Origin: Candidatus Micrarchaeota archaeon
GTDB taxonomy: Archaea; Micrarchaeota; Micrarchaeia; Norongarragalinales; UBA97
Assembly (NCBI GenBank): GCA_021782355.1
Contig: JAJXUZ010000001.1
Span: 1 to 46,576 of the forward strand
Direction: 5' to 3'
Length of the DNA stretch: 46,576 nucleotides
Shown: one piece after another, positions 17,146-26,529 of the stretch
How the letters are laid out: the number at the start of each line of letters is the position of its first letter
Position numbering within the stretch: position 1 is the first letter of the stretch
Translations under genes and position numbers: made by a program
Notes under the pieces: generated by a model
Databases searched by the model: none
What the model saw: the letters and a program-made list of their open reading frames with translations, nothing else
What the model was told of the DNA's origin: nothing

Positions 17146-18414
17146 TTAATTTATTTTTGAAACTTCAATAGCAGTTTTAGCTAAATTAATTGCATATTGT
17201 GAATCATTAAGGCTTGTTGATTCAGCGTTTATTCTGATTTTAGGTTCAGTGTTACTTTGTCTAATTAGAATTGAAAAGTTATCGAACGTAGCCTTTATTC
17301 CGTCAATGGTAATTATTTCCTGAATATTTTTCTGTTCATTTAAATAGTTTTGAATTTTATTAAAATCGGCCCTGACAAATACACTTTCAATTAAGCAGAT
17401 GTTTTTGAATTCTTCACTTAATTTTGTCAGTTGACCAACCTTCATCGAATTTGATGCAATCGAGGCAGCCCTTAAGCCATCCGAATAAGGATAATCTGGT
17501 AAAAAAGAATAATGCCCAGACCTTTCCCCTGCAATTTTCGCACCGCATTCAAGAGCCTTTTGAATTACATTAATATCTCCCACTGGTGCCCAAGACGGTT
17601 TAAATCCCTCATCTTCAAGCTTTTCAAATGCTTCAGTTGGACAATCTATACTTAACACTACTTTATCGTTTGGCGAAAGATTTTGTTTTGCAAGTTCAAT
17701 TAATAAAATATGCCCCTCAATTGTTTTTCCATTATCAACTGCAATTACTCTGTCCGCATCCCCATCAAATGCAAAACCAAGTGATTTTGAATTAATCGTC
17801 TTTTTTTTCAAATCAGTTAAAGTCGAATCCATAGGTTCTGGGCTATGATGTTTAAAATCAGGGTCAGGAGAATAGAATATTTTCTTATTAAATAAAAATT
17901 CTAATGCGCAAGCAGCACCACCAGCCAAATCATAAATTGCATTTTGAAAAGGAGGAAGTTTTTCGCAGTAATCCCAAATAGTTTCTTTTGAATTCATACT
18001 TGGTTCAATTAGTCTGTAAGCAGGTACTCTGATTGTTTCTTGTCCGCCGAGTTTATCGTATTCTTCCTTTAATCGTATAATGTCGTTCTGAGTGCAATAT
18101 CTATTCTTTATAAAAAATTTTACTCCGCAATAACCTGCTGGGTTATGTGATGCAGTAAAACACAATCCCAATCCGTCATTTTCTTCTGAAATAACTGAAG
18201 TAGGAACGTTACCCAAAATAGTAGATACTTGTCCCCCCTCACTTTCAAATCCGGCTAAAAAAGCAGATTCTAAGACTCTATGTCCAGTTCGGTAATCTCT
18301 ACCCGTAGTTGCTTCATACCTAAATACTCTTGCTGTTGCTCTTCCTAAAGTGTAGAATGTGCCCTGATTTATTTGAGTATTTAATAATCCTCTTACATCG
18401 TGGGTTTTAAACAT
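17146..18414 (-). CDS. Alpha-D-phosphohexomutase (phosphoglucosamine/phosphomannomutase)
   Basis: Active-site CFTASHNPAGY, metal loop FDGDADR and sugar loop GERSGH. Confidence 0.85.
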   Translation of the reverse strand: MFKTHDVRGLLNTQINQGTFYTLGRATARVFRYEATTGRDYRTGHRVLESAFLAGFESEGGQVSTILGNVPTSVISEENDGLGLCFTASHNPAGYCGVKFFIKNRYCTQNDIIRLKEEYDKLGGQETIRVPAYRLIEPSMNSKETIWDYCEKLPPFQNAIYDLAGGAACALEFLFNKKIFYSPDPDFKHHSPEPMDSTLTDLKKKTINSKSLGFAFDGDADRVIAVDNGKTIEGHILLIELAKQNLSPNDKVVLSIDCPTEAFEKLEDEGFKPSWAPVGDINVIQKALECGAKIAGERSGHYSFLPDYPYSDGLRAASIASNSMKVGQLTKLSEEFKNICLIESVFVRADFNKIQNYLNEQKNIQEIITIDGIKATFDNFSILIRQSNTEPKIRINAESTSLNDSQYAINLAKTAIEVSKIN

Positions 18415-18429
18415 TTAATTTTCTCTTAT

Positions 18430-19677
18430 CTATTCATTTGTATTAAAGATTGTGTCATTATCCAAATTAGTTTTAACAAAATTATTAGGATAGATTCTGC
18501 AATTATTGCCTATTAATACTCCGCAGTTTATTGAAACATTTACTCCGGTTTTAGTTCCTTGCCCAATTACTACGCCTAATTTTCTTCTTTTTGAATCAAT
18601 CGTTTTTCCCTTAATTTTGGTGGTAATTGTGGATTCATCAAACTTTAGATTTGCAATTCTTGTTCCTGCACCCAAATTAACCTTAGAGCAAATAATTGAA
18701 TCTCCAATGTATGCTCCGTGCGCGTCAGAATTTTCAAGAACGATAGAATTTTTAATTTCAGTTCCGGTACCAATATGGTTATTTCCTTCAATAAATGAAT
18801 AAGGTCTTAACGTTGCATTTGGACCAATAGTGCAATTCGGTCCGATATAAACCGGCCCTTCAATTACCGTTCCCGCTTTAATTTGGCTATTTTTAGCTAC
18901 AAACACCTTTCCTCTAATAACTGCATCTTTATCTAATTCAGAAAGTATCCCCTCTTCCATTAACTTATCCATCGCAAAAGCATTGCTATCTAAATAATTC
19001 CAAAAATATCCTACATCGTTCCAATATCCTGCAAATTCAACAACTTTCATTGAGTTTTCTTTACAGAATTCTAAAATTGCATCGGTCGCTTCATACTCTG
19101 CGCGAACTGAAATCTTTACATTTTCAAGACATTTCCAAAATTTATTTGGAGCATAAAAGCAACCAGTATTTATTATTCCATTTGTTTTTCCAACCGGTTT
19201 TTCAACAATTCCAGTTAATCTTCCATTTTCAATTTCTAATAATCCAAGTGAACTTGCGTCCTCAACCTTTTTACCCATTAAAAACCAGTTGCCGCTTTTT
19301 ATATTTTCATTAATTTTTTTATAAAACTCTGGTTCTGCAAAAGTATCTCCGTTTAAAACTACAAAAGGCTCATCTTCATTCAACAATTCCTTTGCGCATA
19401 GTATTGCTTTTGCAGTTCCGGACACATCAATCTGTTTAACGAATTTTATTTTAGTTTTCCAAGGAGAGTCAGAAAGATATTCGGTAATTTTATTTCCGTC
19501 GTTATCGGTGGAAACAACGATAACAATTTGTTTTGCATTTTCATAAATTGATTTGACTATCCAGCCGCATACTGGCATTCCCAACACTCTAATCATAGCT
19601 TTTGGAATAGATTGAGTAATTGGCCATAGTCTAGCTCCCTTACCAGCACACAATATTATGTAATTATTTAATTGCAT
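18430..19677 (-). CDS. Bifunctional sugar-1-phosphate nucleotidylyltransferase/acetyltransferase (archaeal GlmU-like)
   Basis: N-terminus MQLNNYIILCAGKGARLWPIT (GxGxR nucleotidyltransferase). C-terminal left-handed beta-helix hexapeptide repeats. ATG 19677 is preferred over the track TTG 19701. Confidence 0.8.
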   Translation of the reverse strand: MQLNNYIILCAGKGARLWPITQSIPKAMIRVLGMPVCGWIVKSIYENAKQIVIVVSTDNDGNKITEYLSDSPWKTKIKFVKQIDVSGTAKAILCAKELLNEDEPFVVLNGDTFAEPEFYKKINENIKSGNWFLMGKKVEDASSLGLLEIENGRLTGIVEKPVGKTNGIINTGCFYAPNKFWKCLENVKISVRAEYEATDAILEFCKENSMKVVEFAGYWNDVGYFWNYLDSNAFAMDKLMEEGILSELDKDAVIRGKVFVAKNSQIKAGTVIEGPVYIGPNCTIGPNATLRPYSFIEGNNHIGTGTEIKNSIVLENSDAHGAYIGDSIICSKVNLGAGTRIANLKFDESTITTKIKGKTIDSKRRKLGVVIGQGTKTGVNVSINCGVLIGNNCRIYPNNFVKTNLDNDTIFNTNE

Positions 19678-19875
19678 TTGAAATTCACATAAAATAGACA
19701 ACTAACTTTAAACATCTACTAAACTTAATATTTAGTTATTAATTTCTTCTAATTTAAAGATAAATAATAATTGGTTTAATCTAATATTTGTCAATTCATA
19801 TTTATTGAAAACTTTTTTGCAATTTATTATAAGTTTGTTTATATCATTATCAATTTAGTTAAACTGGGGGAATGG

Positions 19876-20202
19876 ATGTTGGTTAGTTTTGATGAATTTT
19901 CAAAAATAGAGTTAAGAGTGGCAAAAGTTATCGATTGCGTTCCAGTTGAAAACACCGCCAAACTATTAAAATTACAATTAAGTTTAGGTCCATTAGGAAC
20001 CAGGCAAATCGCCTCCTCCATTGCTCCATACTATGCTCCGGCCGATTTGATTGGCAAGAAAATCGTAATTGTTTACAATTTAGACCCAAGAGAGATAAGG
20101 GGAGTAACTAGCGAAGGAATGCTTTTAGCAGCAAGTTTCTTAGAGCAAGTAGAAGTACTCTTCGTACAAGACAGCATTCCAGAAGGAAGCGAAATTCATT
20201 AA
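19876..20202 (+). CDS. Stand-alone tRNA-binding domain protein (Trbp111/CsaA/MetRS C-terminal type)
   Basis: FSKIELRVAKVIDCVPVENTAKLLKLQLSLG...GKKIVIVYNLDPREIRGVTSEGMLLA is the OB-fold tRNA_bind signature. SD GGGGGA lies upstream. Confidence 0.8.
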   Translation: MLVSFDEFSKIELRVAKVIDCVPVENTAKLLKLQLSLGPLGTRQIASSIAPYYAPADLIGKKIVIVYNLDPREIRGVTSEGMLLAASFLEQVEVLFVQDSIPEGSEIH

Positions 20203-20323
20203 ATTCGTTATATATAATTTTTCTCAAATCGCAAAAGATAATGTTGTTAAATAAACTTCGGATATACGTTTAATTATTAATAGATTTGTAACCATCATTA
20301 TAGTTAAGGGGGGAGAAAGCTAC

Positions 20324-21862
20324 TTGCAAAATTCATCAATTTCTGATTTACCAACTTCATCTACTCACAAGCATCCTTCAAAAACCAATTCATTAATTGA
20401 ATCATTCAGGTCGTTTTCTTCTACTGACCAAATTCCAATTCCTAAAAATGCCCTTGAACAAATAATTGGTCAAGATGAAGCAGTAAAAATAGCCACCATA
20501 GCAGCAAAACAAAAAAGAAATATGTTGATGGTGGGCCCACCAGGAACCGGTAAAAGTCTTCTTGCCCAATCAATTTCTCTTTATCTGTCCAAACCATCTG
20601 TTGAAGTAAATGTATTGCACAATCCAGAAAACACCGAACGTCCTATTGTAGAGATTCGTACAGCTGAAGAAATTGAAGCTGAAAAAAAACTTTTCAAACA
20701 AATGGAAGGTAAATTAGTAGAACCTACCAATGTCCCGGGTTTTGTAGCTGAAAGACTAGGATTTAGATGTAGAAGATGCAGTAAACTTTCAAGTGCTCGC
20801 CTTTCAAGTTGTCCATCTTGCGGAGCAGAAAAATTTGTAAGAGAAGATTCTCGTTCTCCATTTAATGATTTATTAGGTCCATATTTAGATGAAAGGGGAA
20901 GACAAGACCGAGTTCATACTACTAAATTAAATGACAACGGAATGGAAGAAGTAGTAGTCTATGAAAGACAAGACGAATTTGTAAGAGTGTTAGACCAAAA
21001 ACTTTTAGAAAAACTAGAAGAAATGAAAAAGAAAACACCTAGAAAAACCATTGTTCCTCTAGTTAGAAACAATTTTGTAATAGCATCGGGTGCAAGTGAA
21101 ACCGAGCTTCTTGGTGATGTAAAACACGACCCCTATGGCGGGCATCAAGGTCAAAATTCTCTTCCTTCCTTAGGGACTCCTCCTTATTTGAGAGTAGTTC
21201 CGGGAGCAATTCACGAGGCACACGAAGGAGTGCTCTTTATTGATGAAATCAGCAGTTTGGAGTATATTCAACGTTACTTGTTAACTGCAATGCAAGAGAA
21301 GAACTACCCTATTGTAGGAAGAAACCCTCACAGTTCCGGTGCAAGCGTTAAAGTAGAAAGCGTTCCCTGCGATTTCATTTTAATTGCAGCAAGTAACATA
21401 AATGATGTTTCAAAAATCCTTCCCCCCCTTCGTTCAAGAATTTTAGGTAATGGATACGAAGTTCTCCTTGAAAACTCGATGCCAGACACCGAAATTAACC
21501 GTGCAAAATTAGCTCAATTTGTCGCTCAAGAAGTAAGAAAAGATGGTAAAATTCCTCACCTTACTAAAAAATCTGTTGATTTATTAATCGACGAATCAAG
21601 AAGACGCGCTAAAGATGTTGATAATGTTTCAAATGCGTTAACTCTAAGACTTAGAGAACTTTCCGGAATCGTTAGGCTTGCAGGTGATATTTCAAAATCA
21701 CTTGATGAACAATTTGTACAGCCCGATTCAGTTGAATTAGCAATTAAACGCGGAAAGAACATTGAAGAGCAACTAAATGAACGCTATGGTTCATTATGGA
21801 AAGCTTCTCAAGGCGATGTCGGCCGAACCGAAAAAGGAAGGAATCTAATGGAAATTCATTAA
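20324..21862 (+). CDS. LonB-type AAA+ ATPase lacking protease domain and membrane hairpin, with Cys4 zinc-ribbon insert
   Basis: GQDEAVKIATIAAKQKRNMLMVGPPGTGKSLLAQ, GDVKHDPYGG, HEGVLFIDEI, LLTAMQEKNYPIVGR, VPCDFILIAASN, LRSRILGNGYEV, AQFVAQEVRKDGKIPH and LTLRLRELSGIVRLAGDI are collinear with the archaeal LonB ATPase module. The protein ends right after that module. Confidence 0.75.
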   Translation: MQNSSISDLPTSSTHKHPSKTNSLIESFRSFSSTDQIPIPKNALEQIIGQDEAVKIATIAAKQKRNMLMVGPPGTGKSLLAQSISLYLSKPSVEVNVLHNPENTERPIVEIRTAEEIEAEKKLFKQMEGKLVEPTNVPGFVAERLGFRCRRCSKLSSARLSSCPSCGAEKFVREDSRSPFNDLLGPYLDERGRQDRVHTTKLNDNGMEEVVVYERQDEFVRVLDQKLLEKLEEMKKKTPRKTIVPLVRNNFVIASGASETELLGDVKHDPYGGHQGQNSLPSLGTPPYLRVVPGAIHEAHEGVLFIDEISSLEYIQRYLLTAMQEKNYPIVGRNPHSSGASVKVESVPCDFILIAASNINDVSKILPPLRSRILGNGYEVLLENSMPDTEINRAKLAQFVAQEVRKDGKIPHLTKKSVDLLIDESRRRAKDVDNVSNALTLRLRELSGIVRLAGDISKSLDEQFVQPDSVELAIKRGKNIEEQLNERYGSLWKASQGDVGRTEKGRNLMEIH

Positions 21863-21919
21863 TTTAATATTAATGATTTCTAATTGTTTTTTGAATTGAA
21901 CTAAGGGGAAATTTTAAAA

Positions 21920-22117
21920 TTGAATAAAACTGGACGAAATGTTTTTGCTATCGGACTGATAATTTTAGTTTTAACTTGGTATTTTGCCTTTTATTGCGCT
22001 TCTAGCAATTTCCTTCAAAGTATTTATTCGTACTTTTTAAATGGATTAATAGTTGGGGCATTTAGTTGGCTAGGACTAATTTTAACTCTAGTCGGTGCCC
22101 TTATTTTAATTTTCTAG
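21920..22117 (+). CDS. Small two-TM membrane protein
   Basis: 65 aa with two hydrophobic helices. TTG start preceded by AAGGGGA. Confidence 0.45.
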   Translation: MNKTGRNVFAIGLIILVLTWYFAFYCASSNFLQSIYSYFLNGLIVGAFSWLGLILTLVGALILIF

Positions 22118-22135
22118 TATTCTAAAAAATTTAGA

Positions 22136-22762
22136 CTATTTTGGAAGTATTTGGTTTCCAGAGTTATCCATTGCTACAAAAGCAGTGCTATTTTGTTCTT
22201 GCCAATAAACTATCCAAGAAGCCTGATTTGGTAAACTATTTGCAAAACTAGTTAATTGGTCAATTGGAACTTGTGGGCAATAATTGCTTATATCTGCCGA
22301 ATCAGTTAATGGAAGCATGAATCCACAAGCATAAGCATCGGAGTTTGCAATTGGAACAACAGATGGAAATTGTTTAGAATCAACTATTGCTTGCTCTGGA
22401 AATACTACTACGTTAGTAGTTTGGCAGCTACCTGTTACATATTTTTGGTCATAATGTAAAGGTAAAAGCCAATAATATCTAATAAAAACAGTAGGGCACT
22501 GCGAATGCGGGTTTAATGTAATCTTAGCTTGAGCAGTCCACTGACCATTAGGATTTGAATTATTAAGTTTGGTTATTGAATAAACTTGAAAGTAAGTATT
22601 TTGGTTTGCAAAATCTGGGCTACTTGAAAGCGAATCAAGTATGTAGTTTTTTACATCGTTGCTAGTAGTAATCTTGATTTGATTGCTAGAATAGTAAGTC
22701 CAAGCAACTACTAAAATTACTAAAATTAAAGCCAACATTCCAACTTTTTTGAATTCAGTCAT
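22136..22762 (-). CDS. N-terminally anchored extracytoplasmic protein, unknown family
   Basis: A single N-terminal TM (VGMLALILVILVVAWTYY) followed by a Cys-containing soluble domain. Confidence 0.5.
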   Translation of the reverse strand: MTEFKKVGMLALILVILVVAWTYYSSNQIKITTSNDVKNYILDSLSSSPDFANQNTYFQVYSITKLNNSNPNGQWTAQAKITLNPHSQCPTVFIRYYWLLPLHYDQKYVTGSCQTTNVVVFPEQAIVDSKQFPSVVPIANSDAYACGFMLPLTDSADISNYCPQVPIDQLTSFANSLPNQASWIVYWQEQNSTAFVAMDNSGNQILPK

Positions 22763-22894
22763 AAATATCCATTACAATGAATTAATATATAATAAATTTA
22801 TATCGCTACTCTTTCTTAGGTAGGATGATTAAAACCATTTGCCTTGGTAAATAATTGTAAGGTATAAAACATATTAAAGTGTGATTTGATTTAA

Positions 22895-24301
22895 ATGGAC
22901 CACCAACCAAGTTCCGACCTTCCAGTTAAAATCGGTTTAGAAATTCACGTTCAATTAAGAACTAAGAGCAAACTATTTTGTTCTTGTAGTGCAGATTATA
23001 GAAGTGCTTCTGCCAATTCTAATATCTGTCCTATTTGTACTGGGCAGCCCGGTTCAAAACCAAAATTTGTGAACAAAAGCGCAGTTGAAAATGCGATTAA
23101 AATGGCATTAGCTTTAAACAGCAATGTTAATTTAAACAACGCCATTTCAATGCAAAGAAAACATTACTTTTATCCAGATTTACCAAGTGGTTATCAGAGA
23201 ACAAGTAAACCAATTGCAACGGGCGGTTCATTAAAAGATGTTACTTTTACTGAAATGCACATCGAAGAAGACCCCGGTCAATTTGAGCTAAGAGACGGAA
23301 CGGTAGATTATAATCGTTCAGGAGTTCCTTTAGTAGAAATTGTTACTGAACCAGAATTTAAAGATCCAAAACACGCAAGAGAGTTTTTAGAGGAATTATT
23401 AGCAATTTTAGACTATTTGTCCGCAGCAAGCATTCAGCCAGGTTCCTTAAGAGTTGATGCTAACATTTCTGTTGCGGGCAATAACCGTGTTGAGGTAAAA
23501 AACATTAATTCATTTAAGGGAGTTTTCACCGCACTTACTTTTGAGTCTGCCAGACAAAAAAACCTAGTAAAAAACAATCTTCCAGTTGCTCGTGAAACAA
23601 GACATTTTGATGAATCGCGAGGCACTACTTCAAGTTTAAGAAGAAAAGAAGACGCTCAAGATTACCGATATTTTTCAGACCCGGATGTTTCTTATTTGAT
23701 TTTAAGCGAATCTCAGATTCAAGAAATTAAAAAGACTCTTCCCGAATTACCCAGTGAAAAAAGAAATAGATTCTGCAAAGTTTACGGACTTATAGAAGAA
23801 GAAGCATTTGCAATAACACTTGAAAAATATATGGCAGATTGTTACGAGCAAGTTGCCAAATCAGTAGACTCAAAAATTGCAGGTAATTTCTTTAGGGGTA
23901 TTCTAAAAAAACAATTAAACTATCGTGGATTATCAATGGTAGAAAGTGAACTTACTAGCTCAATTTTAATTAAAATTATTAAAATGATGACTAGCGCTCA
24001 AATTACTGAAAAAGTTGCTGAGCAATTACTCATTGCAGTTTTAGACTTAAAAGCCGACCCACAAGAATACGCAGAGAAAAACAATTTGTTGGGAATTCAA
24101 GAGCAATCTACTCTTAACGAAATAATTGACAAAGCAATTAGTGAAAACCCCCAAGCAGTAAAGGATTATTTAAGTGGAAAACAAGAATCAATCAACTTTA
24201 TTTCAGGAATTGTAATGAAATTAACTCGCGGAAAAGCCGACCCCAAACATTTACAATTAACTCTTAAAGAAAAGTTTGATTTAATTAAAAAGAGCGGATA
24301 A
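22895..24301 (+). CDS. gatB: Asp/Glu-tRNA amidotransferase subunit B
   Basis: IGLEIHVQLRTKSKLFCSC, CPICTGQPGSKP, RKHYFYPDLPSGYQ, EEDPG, GVPLVEIVTEP, SLRVDANIS, EVKNINSF and DYRYFSDPD, plus a YqeY-like tail. The 468-aa size fits GatB, not GatE. Confidence 0.9.
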   Translation: MDHQPSSDLPVKIGLEIHVQLRTKSKLFCSCSADYRSASANSNICPICTGQPGSKPKFVNKSAVENAIKMALALNSNVNLNNAISMQRKHYFYPDLPSGYQRTSKPIATGGSLKDVTFTEMHIEEDPGQFELRDGTVDYNRSGVPLVEIVTEPEFKDPKHAREFLEELLAILDYLSAASIQPGSLRVDANISVAGNNRVEVKNINSFKGVFTALTFESARQKNLVKNNLPVARETRHFDESRGTTSSLRRKEDAQDYRYFSDPDVSYLILSESQIQEIKKTLPELPSEKRNRFCKVYGLIEEEAFAITLEKYMADCYEQVAKSVDSKIAGNFFRGILKKQLNYRGLSMVESELTSSILIKIIKMMTSAQITEKVAEQLLIAVLDLKADPQEYAEKNNLLGIQEQSTLNEIIDKAISENPQAVKDYLSGKQESINFISGIVMKLTRGKADPKHLQLTLKEKFDLIKKSG

Positions 24302-24302
24302 G

Positions 24303-24800
24303 TTGTCAGAGCAAGAGTTTAACAAAATAACAGATATGCTTACCAGTCATTCTATAGAGTATCTTGTTAAGGAGCACGAAAGCGCAGTAACCAGTTTGGA
24401 ATCTTCTACCATTCGCGGTTCAGCTATTGAAGAAGGAGTAAAGTGCCTTTTAGTAAAATTCAATCGCGCAAATAATCCAGAAAAGGAATTTTTCGTAATT
24501 ATTGAAGTAAGGTCAGATTTAAAGATTGATTGGAAAAAAGCAGGGGAAAAATTACTTGCTAAAAAAATAGGTCTTTCCACTCCACAAGAAGTTTTAGAGC
24601 AAACCGGATGCGTAATTGGAGCAGTTGCGCCCTTTGGTCATAAAAATCAATTAGCAATTGTTGCCGACCCTAAAATATTCTTAAACGAGTATGTCGAATT
24701 TAATGCGGGTCTTACTACTAAATCCATAAGGATGAAATCAATCGACTTAAAGAAAATACTTGAAGAAACCGGCACGGCATTTTTCGATGTGTCTAAGTAA
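24303..24800 (+). CDS. YbaK/ProX-type aminoacyl-tRNA trans-editing deacylase
   Basis: GVKCLLVKF...FFVIIEVRSDLKIDWKKAGEKL and GCVIGAVAPFGH. Its start lies 1 nt after the gatB stop. ATG 24336 is an alternative start. Confidence 0.7.
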   Translation: MSEQEFNKITDMLTSHSIEYLVKEHESAVTSLESSTIRGSAIEEGVKCLLVKFNRANNPEKEFFVIIEVRSDLKIDWKKAGEKLLAKKIGLSTPQEVLEQTGCVIGAVAPFGHKNQLAIVADPKIFLNEYVEFNAGLTTKSIRMKSIDLKKILEETGTAFFDVSK

Positions 24801-24840
24801 AAATTTATATTTATTTTTAAGTATTCATTAATAATTACTG

Positions 24841-25209
24841 GTGAGGAATTTGGATAAAAAAATAATAATTGGCGCAGTGGTAGTTGCAGTATTAGTTTTA
24901 TTGGGAGTATTCTATTATGTTGGTGCAAATTCGGCTCCAATTTATTCCAGTCCAAATTCTCCAGTGATGTATTTCTATCAAGATGATTGCCCTCACTGCA
25001 TTGCCATGCATCCAATTATGCTTGATTTAGGTGCACAAGGTTACCGGGTAAAGTTAATGGATGCCCAAACCAATCCCGCATACTGGAGTCAGTATAATAT
25101 TGTTGGCACTCCAACCTGGGTAGCAGCAAACGGAGACCGTTTAATCGGAGAGCAATCAGAAGCAGCATTACAAGCTTGGCTTAATGCTCACGGCGCAAAA
25201 ATCGCATAA
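24841..25209 (+). CDS. Membrane-anchored thioredoxin-fold protein (CPHC)
   Basis: N-terminal TM IIIGAVVVAVLVLLGVFYYV, then YFYQDDCPHCIAMHP and VGTPTW (cis-Pro loop). TTG 24850 after GGTGAGG is the likelier start. Confidence 0.7.
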   Translation: MRNLDKKIIIGAVVVAVLVLLGVFYYVGANSAPIYSSPNSPVMYFYQDDCPHCIAMHPIMLDLGAQGYRVKLMDAQTNPAYWSQYNIVGTPTWVAANGDRLIGEQSEAALQAWLNAHGAKIA

Positions 25210-25227
25210 GCTTCTTTAATTCAAATC

Positions 25228-25257
25228 GGGGCTTAAAAGAAGCCCCACTTATTTTTT
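25228..25257. terminator. Bidirectional hairpin/T-tract between convergent genes
   Basis: GGGGCTT (25228-34), loop AAAAG, AAGCCCC (25240-46), then ACTTATTTTTT. Confidence 0.5.
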
Positions 25258-26353
25258 ATCTAAATGGTCTAGTGTTCTTTCTAAGTTTAAATACATCGGC
25301 CTTTAATCCGGTTTTTGTAAATAATCTATTATAAGCAAAATCCATTTCTTCAATTTGTAATACTGCTCTTAAATCAGCTTCAATTAGCGCTGCTGGATAC
25401 CCATATTCTCTGTTGTTTCGTGAAAGCGAATATATTGATTTTGCAATCAATTCAATTGATTGGTCATTTGAATCTTTAGGTAATAAGAAATCTACTCTTA
25501 ATGGACGGTCCATTTCAACTGCCCGCAAATAAAAACTTGCAATTCTCTTACTATAATTTCCTAAATCTTTGAGAACCACTTCTTCAGAAGCTGAACTTGC
25601 ATATTTGAAAGCTCCTGTTCTGAATCCCGGTTCTAGTAAGTTGTATAGAAAAGATGTATCATTGCTTGATTCCAAAGCATTCCTTTGATTTAGGGAAAGA
25701 TTTGAAAAATATTTTTTTATTAAATTTATAAAATGTCTTCCTCTTGAATCTTTAATTACTCCTGCTAAAATTATTTGATTTTCATCTACGTATTCATAAA
25801 GTTTGTTTAAGTTTCCCAGTAACTCTTCATAAAGAACATAGGTGTTCGAATCAACAGAAGGCCTATCGCTTACCTGGGGCACAATACTTCCATCTAGTAA
25901 TACAATTTTAGGTTGAAACTTTTTTGCCGCTTCAATTGCGCAAGTAATCTCACTATTCAATCTCTTTAAATTTTTTGCCCAGTTAAATTCGTGACTTTGC
26001 ATCGAATGTCCATACCACATTGATGGTCTATTAATTGCCGACGGATAATAATGATGGTCAATTAATTTTCCCTTTTCATAAGAAAATTCTACTGCAACCG
26101 AACGATAAAGTAGTAAATCCAACGAAGTCAATTCTTCTGCCAATATACTTCCATCAATTGCAACAAGATTTCCTTCAAATAAGGAGTAATCAACTTTTTT
26201 TTCAATATTGTTTTCTAAAAAATCAAATGATGCAAATTCGTTGTCACTTATTATGCTATTCTGTTTTTTTAAAATCTGGGCGATTTCTATTCTTTGATTT
26301 TCCAATTCAATTAATCGGTTTGCCAACGCTGAAATTTCTTCTTCCTGTTCCAT
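25256..26353 (-). CDS. NurA-domain 5'-3' nuclease-like protein
   Basis: LVAIDGSIL, IVLLDGSIVPQ, LAGVIKDSRG and EYGYPAALIEADLRA follow the order of the NurA catalytic motifs. Confidence 0.6.
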   Translation of the reverse strand: MEQEEEISALANRLIELENQRIEIAQILKKQNSIISDNEFASFDFLENNIEKKVDYSLFEGNLVAIDGSILAEELTSLDLLLYRSVAVEFSYEKGKLIDHHYYPSAINRPSMWYGHSMQSHEFNWAKNLKRLNSEITCAIEAAKKFQPKIVLLDGSIVPQVSDRPSVDSNTYVLYEELLGNLNKLYEYVDENQIILAGVIKDSRGRHFINLIKKYFSNLSLNQRNALESSNDTSFLYNLLEPGFRTGAFKYASSASEEVVLKDLGNYSKRIASFYLRAVEMDRPLRVDFLLPKDSNDQSIELIAKSIYSLSRNNREYGYPAALIEADLRAVLQIEEMDFAYNRLFTKTGLKADVFKLRKNTRPFR

Positions 26354-26529
26354 TATTCTAAAACAACTCTCATTACTGATTCTTTAAAATACTTGTATAG
26401 GATTAATAGAATTAATAGTTTGAATTAAATATCCTTCGCAAGTGATTTGCAATATTTGTCGAGGTTTTTAACATATCAAAGTTAAATAATAATGAAGACA
26501 TAAAACAAGCAATTATACTTAGAGCAGAC

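Noticed and set aside
26492-26503. Out-of-frame ATG 26492 (ATG AAG ACA TAA) as the start of pth2 via a -1 frameshift
   Set aside because: There is no slippery heptamer or downstream structure, and the mini-ORF is only 3 codons long. A non-canonical start or a sequence error is the simpler explanation.
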